From IMG/VR virus record IMGVR_UViG_3300010167_001484, positions 32,001-96,000 of that record: 64,000 nt of DNA. One strand, 5' to 3'. Position numbers and translations under genes: made by a program. The first letter of the stretch is position 1. The number at the start of each line of letters is the position of its first letter. This stretch comes from a virus (taxonomy: Duplodnaviria; Caudoviricetes). Below are positions 1 to 10,400 of this stretch, one piece after another. A model generated the notes under the pieces. It saw only the letters and a program-made list of their open reading frames with translations. It searched no databases and was not told the DNA's origin.

Positions 1-1212
1 GCGTGTTGTACAACAGGAGCAGCAACTGCAAATCTAACAGTCAATGGTACTACATTCACTAAAGATCAAATAATAAGTGTAGAATTTGGGAAAGATTGGA
101 ATATAACTACAGTACCAAGTAATTTCTTTAGAAATTGTACTAATTTAATTTCATTATCTAAAATACCTAGTATGATTACTAATATGGGACCGAGTTTCCT
201 ATACGGTTGTACCTCATTCAATCAACTTATTGTTATACCTAAAGATGTAACTGGTACCAATTGTCTCAGAGGTTTATTACAAGGTTGTACTTTATTCAAT
301 CAACCTATTGTTATACCTGAAGGGGTTACCGGTAGTTGGTCTCTTGACAGTTTCTTGTATGGTTGTACTTCATTCAATCATCCTATAACTATACCAAATG
401 GAGTAACAGGTCTTGCATGTCTTTCGAATTTTCTAAGAGGTTGTACCTCATTCAATCAACCTATAACTATACCTAATGGAGTAACAGGAGAGGGATGTCT
501 TCAGAATTTTCTATATGGTTGTACCTCATTCAATCAACCTATTACAATTCCTGAAGGAGTAACTGGGAACATTTGTCTTAGTAATTTCCTTCAAAATTGT
601 ACCTCATTTAATCAACCTATAATTATACCTAGTGGAGTAAAGGGTAATAATTGTCTTCAGAATTTTCTATATGGTTGTACCTCATTTAATCAACCTATAA
701 TTATACCTAGTGGTGTGAATGGTAATAGTTGTCTCAGTAATTTCCTTAGTCGTTGTACATCTCTTAATTCATCTATTACTATACCTAGTAATGTAACTGG
801 TGAGTATTGTCTTAGTAATTTCCTTGATGGTTGTACCTCATTCAATCAACCTATCACAATACCTGAAGGAGTAGTAGGAGAAGGTTGTCTTAATAGTTTC
901 CTTACGGGTTGTACTTCATTTAATCAACCCATAACTATATCTGAAGGGTTAAGAGGTTATAGAGTTATTAATCATTTTCTCTACAATTGTCATAATTATA
1001 CAAATATTATAACTGTATTTCCTGATATATTAAATATCGATACTGTGAATGTATCCGATAATACATTATCTACAAATTCTAATACAGCTCCAATGTATGT
1101 AGAAGGGGTTAAAATAGCTGGATTAGATGCAACCCAATTTGCAGCATTACAATCAAAGTTTCAACTATACAATAGGACTACATCTCCATTTAGAAAACTA
1201 GTAAGAGTGTAA
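1..1212 (+). CDS. BspA-type leucine-rich-repeat protein, putative receptor-binding/adhesin (5' partial)
   Basis: Frame is open from base 1; ten 26-aa repeats CLxNFLxGCTSFNQPITIPxGVTG; lies upstream of fibre-like genes. Confidence 0.75.
   Translation, partial: ACCTTGAATANLTVNGTTFTKDQIISVEFGKDWNITTVPSNFFRNCTNLISLSKIPSMITNMGPSFLYGCTSFNQLIVIPKDVTGTNCLRGLLQGCTLFNQPIVIPEGVTGSWSLDSFLYGCTSFNHPITIPNGVTGLACLSNFLRGCTSFNQPITIPNGVTGEGCLQNFLYGCTSFNQPITIPEGVTGNICLSNFLQNCTSFNQPIIIPSGVKGNNCLQNFLYGCTSFNQPIIIPSGVNGNSCLSNFLSRCTSLNSSITIPSNVTGEYCLSNFLDGCTSFNQPITIPEGVVGEGCLNSFLTGCTSFNQPITISEGLRGYRVINHFLYNCHNYTNIITVFPDILNIDTVNVSDNTLSTNSNTAPMYVEGVKIAGLDATQFAALQSKFQLYNRTTSPFRKLVRV
193..975 (+). repeat. Ten tandem 78-bp coding repeats (LRR units)
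   Basis: ggttgtacctcattcaatcaacctat recurs with 78-bp period. Confidence 0.9.
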
Positions 1213-1225
1213 GGAAGCATGTAAA

Positions 1226-2287
1226 ATGAAAGAATTAAAAGTATATTGTAAACATAGATTTGAGTCAGGAAAACATTATCTTGTAACTGTTGATTTAGGG
1301 ATAGATGAATGGCAAGAAAGTGGTACAGAATATTTACAAGAAATTGAAGTACCTGAAATCGATAAATTGAGATTTCATGCTAATGCTATACCTATTATAA
1401 ATCTAGCTGTAGCTGTGTGGTTATTTGATGGTGATTTAGTGTGTAAACCTATAGGTGATAGTGAGGAAATTCAAGAAGCGTTCGATTTGATAATAAGTGT
1501 TCAAATTGTAGAAACTGAACCAATAGTTTCTGAAGTGATATGGTTAACATTGAAATTATATGATAACACTACTGTGAAAATTAAATCATCTGCAGATATG
1601 TCAAAATGTTGTACGTATGCTCCTTCTAATACTAATATCACTATTGAAGATATCACATTCAAGAAAAGTGATGTAATATCGGCAGAATTTGGTAATTATT
1701 GGGATTCTAAACCTGAGGTGAACGCAATTTATCCTTATGAAGAACTTCGTGATTTCTTAACTAATTTTTCTAATCTTGTATCCTTATCTCCTATACCTGA
1801 TAAGATTAGGTCTTTATCTTCAAGTTTCTTATCAGGATGTATTTCATTCAATCAAATTATAACATTTCCTGTTCCTGTAGTGGGTGAAAGGTTTCAAATT
1901 GGAAATGATTTTTTATCGGGATGTACTTCATTTAATAAACCTTTACAATTCCCGGAGAATGTACATATGCATCTAATGGGGTTCATGTTTAATTGTAATA
2001 GTTTTACTGGACCTCTTGTAGTACCTCTTAATTTTCCTGTTTATATACAGAATACTATAGAAGATATACAGGCTGCAAATATAGATAGAGATACACCTCC
2101 GGAATGGATTACTAATTCAATTTTATCAACAACTGATTCTAATGCTTCAATGTATGTTAATGGAGTAGATATCAAAATTTCAGATGAATATGATTTTGTA
2201 TTTATCAATAATTTTAAAAGTGGATTAATACCTCTACTTCCAAATCTACATACAGGAATATATAGAAAATTAAATGGTTTAGATTAG
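1226..2287 (+). CDS. LRR protein, paralogue of upstream gene with fewer repeats
   Basis: Shares CCT..TF.K..(I/V)IS.EFG..W N-cap, FLSGCTSFNKPL repeats and LST....MYV.GV.I...RKL C-cap. Confidence 0.7.
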   Translation: MKELKVYCKHRFESGKHYLVTVDLGIDEWQESGTEYLQEIEVPEIDKLRFHANAIPIINLAVAVWLFDGDLVCKPIGDSEEIQEAFDLIISVQIVETEPIVSEVIWLTLKLYDNTTVKIKSSADMSKCCTYAPSNTNITIEDITFKKSDVISAEFGNYWDSKPEVNAIYPYEELRDFLTNFSNLVSLSPIPDKIRSLSSSFLSGCISFNQIITFPVPVVGERFQIGNDFLSGCTSFNKPLQFPENVHMHLMGFMFNCNSFTGPLVVPLNFPVYIQNTIEDIQAANIDRDTPPEWITNSILSTTDSNASMYVNGVDIKISDEYDFVFINNFKSGLIPLLPNLHTGIYRKLNGLD

Positions 2288-2314
2288 TAAGGATGTAGAT
2301 TATATCCTAATATG

Positions 2315-2327
2315 AACCTTTGATAAT
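2315..2327 (+). promoter_or_regulatory. Putative late-class phage promoter AACCTTTGATAAT
   Basis: AACCTTYDATWAW also occurs intergenically at 10368, 18777, 62424. Confidence 0.5.
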
Positions 2328-2369
2328 TAAGGTAAGTAATAATATGACCTTAGGGAGGGAATTATACAT

Positions 2370-2912
2370 ATGAGATTAAATGATATTAGATTCATGAGTA
2401 ATCTAAAATTCATAACATCTGGTAATATTCCAACAGTTGATGATTTGCCGTTAGGGAATATGGCATTCGGAGAAATAACATCGAGAGGTAGAAGTCATGT
2501 ATATGGTAACATTAATAATGTTATTGTAGATTTGTGTTGTCAATTTGGTACTGGGGGTGAACAAGAGTTGAAAATACTCAAAGGTAAACTAGATATTGGT
2601 CCAAAAGCTGAATACGAATTAAAACTAAATTGCGGATATACAGCTTACGAGTTAAAAACTATAAGATTCGATAACATAACTAATAGTGAGAATCTGATTG
2701 TATTCATATATGATAATATGAAGGATAAGAACATTTTGTATCAAAGTTTAGCAAAAACTAACATATATTCAAATACTGCTGATGTTGTCAATATTGATGA
2801 AAATAGTGATATCTGTATATGTGTAGTAAATACTAGTAACGCTAACATATCTGTAATATACGATGTTAGGGTTGTATCATTTAAGGATGGTGGAATTTAT
2901 GGCTCTATTTAA
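2370..2912 (+). CDS. Hypothetical virion/tail-associated protein
   Basis: RBS ggaggga; context in fibre module. Confidence 0.6.
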   Translation: MRLNDIRFMSNLKFITSGNIPTVDDLPLGNMAFGEITSRGRSHVYGNINNVIVDLCCQFGTGGEQELKILKGKLDIGPKAEYELKLNCGYTAYELKTIRFDNITNSENLIVFIYDNMKDKNILYQSLAKTNIYSNTADVVNIDENSDICICVVNTSNANISVIYDVRVVSFKDGGIYGSI

Positions 2913-3771
2913 TTCGATTACATGTGAAAAAGGTGAAATATACGATAAGATTGTAGATTTATTTCTTGGAGCAGGTTGGACAGATATTGCATCTAATTCA
3001 GCAACAGAGTTTGCTGTATTGAGGTCATTTGATACAAATAATAGACCTATATTCTTTCAAATTTTACCTCACGTAGGTACACCTTCTACTCAAGATATAA
3101 GAACTACTAATAGTGTTCAAATTAGATTGAATATGGTGAGAAACTATACTCCTGGAAATGCTGGAGTTAATGGTGTATTTGATAGACAACATAACAATAC
3201 TGTGAATTTGTTACTTGCATCTAATGGCGCAGCCTTAACTGTACCTCCTGCAGCGCCTGATATTGATATATATTATAATATATCCAAGACTCGTGGAATA
3301 ATCGTATTTGATTTCAGTAATTCATCTGCGTATTCAACTTCCGGTGGTGGTTGGTTCTTTGTTGGGGTTCCTGATGGTGAAATTTTTGATAGAGATCCTA
3401 GAAGATCTTGTGTATTAGCTAACCCTCTCAACACTGCAAATAATATACCTGTGATGGATCATCCAATTCAAACATCTGTAGCCGAAGGTGCTGCTGTTGT
3501 AAATCATCCAACTATGCCGTATGTTCCATTAAGAAACCCTGATACACGAGGTATATATGCAATATCTAATATAGCTTATGGTCATGCTAGTACAGGTCAA
3601 AGAGGGTTTCTAGATGATATGTATTTTATATCTGGTACAACTTTAGGATTAGCTAATGGTGATTATATAGAAGTAGAAGATAGACGGTTTAAACTTATAT
3701 TGATAACATGTTTAGCTAATGGTCCTATGGGTTCGAATCATTATTTATGTGTTGAACTTCCTAAGAAATAG
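2899..3771 (+). CDS. Putative virion structural (tail/baseplate-associated) protein
   Basis: ATG 2899 after ggtgga RBS; beta-rich composition; context. Confidence 0.55.
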   Translation: MALFNSITCEKGEIYDKIVDLFLGAGWTDIASNSATEFAVLRSFDTNNRPIFFQILPHVGTPSTQDIRTTNSVQIRLNMVRNYTPGNAGVNGVFDRQHNNTVNLLLASNGAALTVPPAAPDIDIYYNISKTRGIIVFDFSNSSAYSTSGGGWFFVGVPDGEIFDRDPRRSCVLANPLNTANNIPVMDHPIQTSVAEGAAVVNHPTMPYVPLRNPDTRGIYAISNIAYGHASTGQRGFLDDMYFISGTTLGLANGDYIEVEDRRFKLILITCLANGPMGSNHYLCVELPKK

Positions 3772-3782
3772 GTGATATTATT

Positions 3783-6700
3783 ATGATATATAGTGGTAAT
3801 AATTTATCAGGTAATGAAAAATTCAAGATTGATGATATAATCAATTTTGATTATTCTGGTATAGAGCAATCTATTACTTTACTTACAGGTAAATATAAAT
3901 TTGAAGCTTGGGGCGCCAAAGGTGCTGATGGAGGTGGTACAGTTGAGATTCCGGGAGGATTGGGCGGTTCCGGAGGTTATATATCAGGTATATTAGATAC
4001 TAAGAAGAAAATTAATTTTCCCATTCTTGTAGGTGGTACCAATGGTTGGAATAGAGGTGGACCTGGTGGTAAAGGTGACGGTAGTGTTGAAAATGATGCA
4101 GGTGTAGATAATAGTGGTGGTAACGGTGGCGGTGCTACTGATATTTGTATAGATGTGAATACTCCGGCACATAGATTTATAGTAGCTCCAGGCGGAGGTG
4201 GCGGAGGCGGACGAGGTATAGGTGGTACAGAAATTAGTTATTATGGTTCCAGAGGTGGAAATGTAAGTAATATAAATGGTGTAGCAGGTGATGCTAATAT
4301 TGGTACATCTGCGACATATTATGGTACAGCTAATGGAGGTGGTGCACCTTCTCAATCAGCACATGGTGGTGGTGGTTCTTCTACTGCCCCTACACTTACA
4401 ACTAATACAGGCTCACTTGTAGCCGTCATGGGATTTCCTGGCGGTGGCGGTGGCGGTGGCGGAGGTCGTTATAACGGCGGTGGCGGCGGTGGCGGTGGCC
4501 GTCTTAAGAATAATGGAGGTAATGTTAGAACAGCAGGTACAGCAGGTACAGCAGGTAATGAAATAAGTGCAGGTTCTGGTGGTGCAGGTGCTGTTGCAAT
4601 CGCAACTAATTATGTTAATGGTGGTGCAGGAGGTGCAAGTGGATCTCCTTATATACCTGGTGCACCTAGCCATACTGCACATATTGGTGGTATTGTATTT
4701 TCTAATATAACTGTAATTGGTGGAGCAAATACACTTGAAGATCCTAGGACAGGTGAAGCTACTACAGGTAATAAAGGTGATGGTTATGTTCGCATAACTG
4801 TATTAGATGTAATAATAAATCTAAATGTATTAGAAGGTATAAATTTATTCAAACAAGGTAGTACATATACACTAGGTATAGATAATAAAGGTGAATTCAA
4901 TATCTCAACTGCAACATATCAATGGCAATTAGATGAGAATGATGGTAATGGGTTCTTAAATATAGCTGGAGCTATCAATAGCACTTTAATTCTGGCTAAT
5001 ATTGAATCTTATATGAAGGGTTGGAAGTATAGAGTAATTATAAATGATGCATCATATGTTATAACATCTAATGCATATATTGTAAAAGTAGGATTTAATA
5101 ATATATTTGTACTAAGTAAATTACTTAGAGGTAAAAGATGGTCTCCTCCAAAATTAGGTTTCATATTAGGATCAGGTATGGTGATAGCTCATACAGATAA
5201 ACCTGAATATAGAAAACCTCGTACTGATCCCATTGAAACCTGGTGGAATATACCTGATAATGCATATTTACCTGATCCTGAGATTAAAGTATCATTAATT
5301 CAAGGTGATTTGGAAAATGTTGAAATAAATATATCTAAATGGGGTTCTGCAGCTAGACGTGAATTTATAGTAGGAGATCAACCTTTAGATAGGTATCGTG
5401 ATGTATTTAATACTAAATATGAAGATATTAGCATAACAGCTATGGGAAGTGTAGATGATAGACAATCAATGTCTATAGTAAACATACTTGAAGAAATTAT
5501 AATCCCTCCTAAAGTATCGATTATACCTTCGAATGAATTGGGATATTTTACAGCTGATGTAGAATGGAACAGTATAGATGATTTATATTATGATATAGAA
5601 GGTATATGGACTAAGGCAGAGCAGAATCAATGGAATTTAACAATATTTGATGAAATTAAATTTAAAACACAATCTAAATTTTATAATATGGTATCGGATG
5701 AAATATCTATAACAATGTTATCTAAATTCTGGGATATTATAAGAGGTGAAAATTCTTCACAACTTATGATATTACATAATTTGAATCTTATATCAGATTT
5801 GTATGATGTATATGATGTTGTTTGGGAGTCTAGTAATATAGATGTAGTTAATCTAGATGGTGAAGTTGTTGTAGATGATATAGAAATTATTGATGTTATA
5901 TTAACTGCAAAATTATATATAAATAGTGTAATTCAATGTGATCCTATAGTTTTTAATTTAAGGGTAGGTAATCCTGAATCTTTATTGTATTTTGCAGCTA
6001 ATGCTGGTAATTATAGTGATGGTTATTATGATGTTACTTGCAATGGAGTTACATATAATACAGAGTTAGTTAATATTCGAGATAGTGTTAATTTGTTAAA
6101 TGGCCCTAATTGGGGAGATATTCAGGCAGATGGAACAATGTTAATTGTTAGAATTGACGGAAATCTTACTATTAATAATGGTGTTATGGTAACTTCTAGA
6201 ACTAGAAGAAAGGGATTTTTAATATATGTAACAGGTACTTTAAGAAATAATGGTACAATAAGTATGACTAGTAGGGGAGCACATGCTGTAGGTCAAAGTG
6301 TGCATCTGTGGAAGGATCATGATACTAATAGTTATATAACAATACCTGCATGTAGTGATACTACTTCTGATTATAATCCATTACTTCAAGGATATTCTGC
6401 TTATTGTGGTTCTTCTTATAGTGGTGGAGCCGGTAGAGGGGGTTATGCTGGTAGTACTCAGCCTAGTATAGGTGGTCCCGGTGCCGGCACAGGTTTGATT
6501 GATAGTGTAGGTATATTATGTGGAGGTCCAGGGGAAGCAGGTAGATCTGGTAGTAGTTCTAATAGTGGCGGAGGTGGCGGTGCAGGTAATCCCGGTGGCC
6601 CTGGAGGTGCAGGTGGAAGTGCTGTAGGTACTAAGCCAGGTACTTCAGGAGGATCAGGTACAGGAGGTTTGTTAATATTATATGCTAACCAGATATTAAA

Positions 6701-6932
6701 CAATATAGGTTTATTAGAATCTAGAGGTTCAAATGGAGGTTCAGGAGGTCAAGCTACTAATATGTCTGGTGCAAGAGGTGGAGGATCAGGTGGAGGATGT
6801 ATAACTGTATTTTACAACTATGGTAGTATTAGTAATATCAATAATACAAATATACAAGTTAATGGTGGACTTACTAATGGCGGTGTTGGTACTATAAATA
6901 TACATCAGATAGATATAGATGATATACTTTAA
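3783..6932 (+). CDS. Glycine-rich tail fibre/receptor-binding-like protein
   Basis: FDYSG..Q....L.G.YKFEAWGAKG glycine-rich domain, Ig-like TYQWQ segment, second C-terminal Gly-rich domain. Confidence 0.7.
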   Translation: MIYSGNNLSGNEKFKIDDIINFDYSGIEQSITLLTGKYKFEAWGAKGADGGGTVEIPGGLGGSGGYISGILDTKKKINFPILVGGTNGWNRGGPGGKGDGSVENDAGVDNSGGNGGGATDICIDVNTPAHRFIVAPGGGGGGGRGIGGTEISYYGSRGGNVSNINGVAGDANIGTSATYYGTANGGGAPSQSAHGGGGSSTAPTLTTNTGSLVAVMGFPGGGGGGGGGRYNGGGGGGGGRLKNNGGNVRTAGTAGTAGNEISAGSGGAGAVAIATNYVNGGAGGASGSPYIPGAPSHTAHIGGIVFSNITVIGGANTLEDPRTGEATTGNKGDGYVRITVLDVIINLNVLEGINLFKQGSTYTLGIDNKGEFNISTATYQWQLDENDGNGFLNIAGAINSTLILANIESYMKGWKYRVIINDASYVITSNAYIVKVGFNNIFVLSKLLRGKRWSPPKLGFILGSGMVIAHTDKPEYRKPRTDPIETWWNIPDNAYLPDPEIKVSLIQGDLENVEINISKWGSAARREFIVGDQPLDRYRDVFNTKYEDISITAMGSVDDRQSMSIVNILEEIIIPPKVSIIPSNELGYFTADVEWNSIDDLYYDIEGIWTKAEQNQWNLTIFDEIKFKTQSKFYNMVSDEISITMLSKFWDIIRGENSSQLMILHNLNLISDLYDVYDVVWESSNIDVVNLDGEVVVDDIEIIDVILTAKLYINSVIQCDPIVFNLRVGNPESLLYFAANAGNYSDGYYDVTCNGVTYNTELVNIRDSVNLLNGPNWGDIQADGTMLIVRIDGNLTINNGVMVTSRTRRKGFLIYVTGTLRNNGTISMTSRGAHAVGQSVHLWKDHDTNSYITIPACSDTTSDYNPLLQGYSAYCGSSYSGGAGRGGYAGSTQPSIGGPGAGTGLIDSVGILCGGPGEAGRSGSSSNSGGGGGAGNPGGPGGAGGSAVGTKPGTSGGSGTGGLLILYANQILNNIGLLESRGSNGGSGGQATNMSGARGGGSGGGCITVFYNYGSISNINNTNIQVNGGLTNGGVGTINIHQIDIDDIL

Positions 6933-6957
6933 AATTATTTATTAGATAGAAAGGATC

Positions 6958-7281
6958 ATGATGAAAGAATTAACAACAATATCTGTAACAAAATTAAGTG
7001 GAGGTAAGATCATACAATCAGTATTAGAACTTGGTAAAAATTGGGAAGGTCCTAATGATGAGGGAGGATTTACTCAAGTAATATCTGTACCAGGTATCAA
7101 ATCATCAGATCAATTAGGAAAAGTATTTTTAAGTAAATATCATAGTGATGAGAATCTTCTAAATGCGTTTAGTAATATTCTTGAAGTATATGCTGGAGAT
7201 AATAAAGTAACTCTACATTCCGGTGATATTATAAATATTAGATTACCTATTGCATTGAGATTAATTGATCCCGTTGAATAG
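6958..7281 (+). CDS. Hypothetical protein, last gene of fibre operon
   Basis: ORF with RBS, followed by terminator. Confidence 0.6.
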   Translation: MMKELTTISVTKLSGGKIIQSVLELGKNWEGPNDEGGFTQVISVPGIKSSDQLGKVFLSKYHSDENLLNAFSNILEVYAGDNKVTLHSGDIINIRLPIALRLIDPVE

Positions 7282-7297
7282 TTTTAATTAATATCTT

Positions 7298-7330
7298 AAG
7301 TCAACCTCAATTATGGGGTTGACTTTTTTA
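7298..7330 (+). terminator. Rho-independent terminator
   Basis: aagtcaacctca-atta-tggggttgactt followed by T run. Confidence 0.85.
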
Positions 7331-7338
7331 TGTAAAAA

Positions 7339-7380
7339 TTTCGTTATAGATGTTATAAATCAAATAATCCATAAAGGAGA
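7339..7380 (+). promoter_or_regulatory. Phage promoter TTTCGTTATAG plus conserved leader AATCAAATAATCCATAAAGGAGA
   Basis: Motif repeated upstream of about 15 gene clusters; same leader at 24132, 27129, 27464. Confidence 0.75.
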
Positions 7381-7388
7381 ATAAGAAG

Positions 7389-7601
7389 ATGTGTATCACA
7401 ACACCGCTTACAGATCTAATGAAGAAGGGGTATGATGTAAAGCTTACAAATATCGGTGAAGATGTATTCAATGTTGAAATTCTACATTCAGGAGAAGTGG
7501 TTCATGTATTTCGAGGTCCAGTTTCACCAAGTGATAATTTAGCACATGCTTTGATGTCATTTGCAGATATTACCAAAAGAAGGTTTAATTGGGATGACTA
7601 A
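7389..7601 (+). CDS. Hypothetical protein
   Basis: ORF, RBS aaggag. Confidence 0.6.
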   Translation: MCITTPLTDLMKKGYDVKLTNIGEDVFNVEILHSGEVVHVFRGPVSPSDNLAHALMSFADITKRRFNWDD

Positions 7602-8160
7602 TATTGATGATATAATATCTCCATCTGAAAAAGGGAATCATAATAGTTATTTACCTTATGCAGATTCACAACCAAAGAGAGTTCCTGTTAATAATATATT
7701 ACTTCAACGTATGCCACCGCTAGTGAACGAAGAGGGTATAAATCTAGAATTTCAAACATTTTTTGATGATTTAGTTAAGAATGTTCATGAAATGTTTAAA
7801 GATAGTACATCTTTTGGATTACATATGATGTCAGATCAAGTTTTAGATGTGGCAGAATTTCATTCTATTATATTAGCTGCTTGGGATAAACATCTTCAAG
7901 AATTTAGAAATACATCTATATATGCAAGAGGTGTAGATATTGAACTCAATATGGAACGATTTGAAGATATTTATCGTAACCTTATAGGTGGATTCAATAT
8001 TATGACTTATATTCTAACTGTTGCCGATGATGAATTTAATTCTAATAAGAGAATAACTTATTTCAAGAAGTGTTGTACTGAACTTTTATTCACATATAGT
8101 CAATCAGATGGGTTTGTAGTAATATCTAGAATTCAACCATTTAAAGAATTGAGTGAATAA
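7594..8160 (+). CDS. Hypothetical protein
   Basis: ORF coupled to neighbours. Confidence 0.6.
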   Translation: MTNIDDIISPSEKGNHNSYLPYADSQPKRVPVNNILLQRMPPLVNEEGINLEFQTFFDDLVKNVHEMFKDSTSFGLHMMSDQVLDVAEFHSIILAAWDKHLQEFRNTSIYARGVDIELNMERFEDIYRNLIGGFNIMTYILTVADDEFNSNKRITYFKKCCTELLFTYSQSDGFVVISRIQPFKELSE

Positions 8161-8359
8161 TATGATTGATAAGATTCAGGATAGAATTAAGTCTGAAATT
8201 GAAGCTGTAGCTGCTGGGAATCAGACAATAGATCAAGCTATGCAAGGTTTATCAGGTTACGGTAAAGCATTATATGACTTTGGAATAATAACAGAAGAAG
8301 ATCGACGAATATTCTGGGACAAAATAAAATCGAAGATAGAGGAACTTAGAGATGAGTAA
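8153..8359 (+). CDS. Hypothetical protein
   Basis: Overlapping start/stop coupling. Confidence 0.55.
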   Translation: MNNMIDKIQDRIKSEIEAVAAGNQTIDQAMQGLSGYGKALYDFGIITEEDRRIFWDKIKSKIEELRDE

Positions 8360-8567
8360 TTCTACTAGAATAAATTGGAAGAAACGAGCACTTGAAGCTG
8401 AATATGAGCTTGAGGCTTATAAACACGGAGGATGCACACCTAAGATGTGTGATAATTGTAGTAGTGTAATCTGTTATATTGCTCCGAGAGCTTATAAATT
8501 ATCTTTAGAAGATAGAGCGAGATTACTTAATGAAAGACGGTTGATTAGAAATCATACAAGGAGTTAG
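8352..8567 (+). CDS. Hypothetical Cys-containing protein
   Basis: ORF with CxxC. Confidence 0.55.
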   Translation: MSNSTRINWKKRALEAEYELEAYKHGGCTPKMCDNCSSVICYIAPRAYKLSLEDRARLLNERRLIRNHTRS

Positions 8568-8570
8568 AAT

Positions 8571-8804
8571 ATGTCAGCAAGTTGGATAGGTAAACAAGTT
8601 GATTTCAAGATGAAACAATATGATAAGGAATGGAATGATGAGTATAGAAGTCAATGGGGTACTGTTATTGACTTTGATGGTGAATTCTATCATGTTAAAA
8701 TGAATAGTTATGGTGAAGACCTTACTGGACCTATATGGATATTCACACGAGATGAAATTAAAGTTAGAAAATCATTTTGCGGAATTTCACATATAAATAC
8801 ATAA
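8571..8804 (+). CDS. Hypothetical protein
   Basis: RBS ggag. Confidence 0.55.
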   Translation: MSASWIGKQVDFKMKQYDKEWNDEYRSQWGTVIDFDGEFYHVKMNSYGEDLTGPIWIFTRDEIKVRKSFCGISHINT

Positions 8805-8819
8805 AAGGGGAAATATGAA

Positions 8820-9851
8820 ATGGACGAATTAGAAGTATATCGAGAGGATAACAGTTCAAATGGATCTGGTAGAAAGATTCCGAGAAAGCATGTACCTATC
8901 AAACAAAAAGGGTTTGGATTACCTAGTGATCACATGACCGAGAAGCAATTACATAATCTGAATGGGAAGATGAAAAGCTATAGATTGACCGAACCTAAAA
9001 GATGGGATGAGTTCAAATCTATGCCATTGGATATACAACTTGAGTATCTTGAATATCTGGATTTAGCTTTCGGTATGAATATGTGTAATCTTGCTGATAT
9101 GTTTGGTATAGCCGATTCAACATTACATATATACTTGAGAAAATCGGGTATTAAATTTAAACCAACACAGAGAAGAATGAGACCAGATCAATCAAGAGCA
9201 TGGAGAGCATTTGTAGCTACAGGTGAAATCAAAATCTCAGATTCAACGGTTGAAGATGTATCTAACAATATTTCAGATGCTAGAATTCAAGATTATCCAT
9301 TAGCTACACCTAAGAATTGGAAGGAATTCAAAGATATGTCAAGAGACCTTCAAGAGGAATATCTAATTCTTCTACACAATGTGTTTGGAGTTACATATAA
9401 ACATATAATCAAGATGTTAGGTGTAGGTTATAAGACTTTATATCAATATGTGAAGAGAAGTTTAACAGATTTCAACCCTGCAAGATGTAGGGAATTAACT
9501 ACAAAAGAATTGAAGTTATGGAATTGTTTCTTAACTAATAAATTATCTTTTGATGAGGCTAGACGTATCAATCTAATACCTTCCGAAGTTGGTGCAGTAG
9601 AATATAAAGAAACTGTAGCTAATAATGGATTTGTAAAACATCAATCGGAATCTTCTAGAATTAATTTTTCAAAAAGTATACCATCATCTAAAATTAATCT
9701 ATCTGAAATTGTAAATTTGAGTGATTTTTCTTTAACCTTCAAAGGTAAACTTAATATTGATGATATAGCTAGAGCATTGAAATTCATCTTGGGTACAGAA
9801 TCTGAAGGTAGAATTGAAATATTGTGTGAATTAGAAAAGGAGGTATTATGA
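8820..9851 (+). CDS. Hypothetical protein with duplicated HTH-like domain
   Basis: Internal repeat PKRWDEFKSM..IQLEYL..L...FG / PKNWKEFKDM..LQEEYL..L...FG, each followed by an HTH-like LADMFGIADSTL segment. Confidence 0.6.
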   Translation: MDELEVYREDNSSNGSGRKIPRKHVPIKQKGFGLPSDHMTEKQLHNLNGKMKSYRLTEPKRWDEFKSMPLDIQLEYLEYLDLAFGMNMCNLADMFGIADSTLHIYLRKSGIKFKPTQRRMRPDQSRAWRAFVATGEIKISDSTVEDVSNNISDARIQDYPLATPKNWKEFKDMSRDLQEEYLILLHNVFGVTYKHIIKMLGVGYKTLYQYVKRSLTDFNPARCRELTTKELKLWNCFLTNKLSFDEARRINLIPSEVGAVEYKETVANNGFVKHQSESSRINFSKSIPSSKINLSEIVNLSDFSLTFKGKLNIDDIARALKFILGTESEGRIEILCELEKEVL

Positions 9852-10117
9852 ATACAAAATTAGATAATGGTTTAGATCAAACTCTAGGTGAGATTAATTT
9901 AAATCTAAATGTGCTTTCTAGTTGTATCATGGAGCGATTTGGTAAATCTGTTATAGATCATGTAAATGATGCTGTATGGTTGAAAACACAGCTCATTGAT
10001 TTTGGTGAAGAAGTTCGTAAAATATCTATCAAATATATTATAGAGGAATTGTTGGAAGCTAAGCTAATTGGTGAAGCTCCAGCAAATATCATCCTAGATT
10101 ATATGAAAGGAAATTAA
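9848..10117 (+). CDS. Hypothetical protein
   Basis: RBS ggaggt, ATGA overlap. Confidence 0.6.
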   Translation: MNTKLDNGLDQTLGEINLNLNVLSSCIMERFGKSVIDHVNDAVWLKTQLIDFGEEVRKISIKYIIEELLEAKLIGEAPANIILDYMKGN

Positions 10118-10118
10118 G

Positions 10119-10343
10119 ATGAGTCTGAAAATAAGGTATCTTACAAATCTAGATAAAACCAAGAGAGTCTTCACAGTAACTAACAGTGATGTTGAACCAG
10201 AGACATTTGAAATATTTGAAAATCGTGGGAATATTGATAAAGGTATACAATATCTTATACCTCCTGTAGCTACACCTGTTTCTCCTGATGGTGCTAAGAT
10301 GTTTGGTGTATTAGATATCCTGTATCCTAATCATAAAGTATGA
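10119..10343 (+). CDS. Hypothetical protein
   Basis: ORF in operon. Confidence 0.55.
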   Translation: MSLKIRYLTNLDKTKRVFTVTNSDVEPETFEIFENRGNIDKGIQYLIPPVATPVSPDGAKMFGVLDILYPNHKV

Positions 10344-10367
10344 AATCATTCATTTTTTGTATATAAC

Positions 10368-10380
10368 AACCTTCTATTAT
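10368..10380 (+). promoter_or_regulatory. Putative late-class promoter AACCTTCTATTAT
   Basis: Matches motif at 2315, 18777, 62424. Confidence 0.5.
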
Positions 10381-10400
10381 TATAATAGGAGGTTCTATAT

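Noticed and set aside
193-975. Diversity-generating retroelement acting on LRR repeats
   Set aside because: No reverse transcriptase or TR/VR pair in the window; differences are not adenine-restricted
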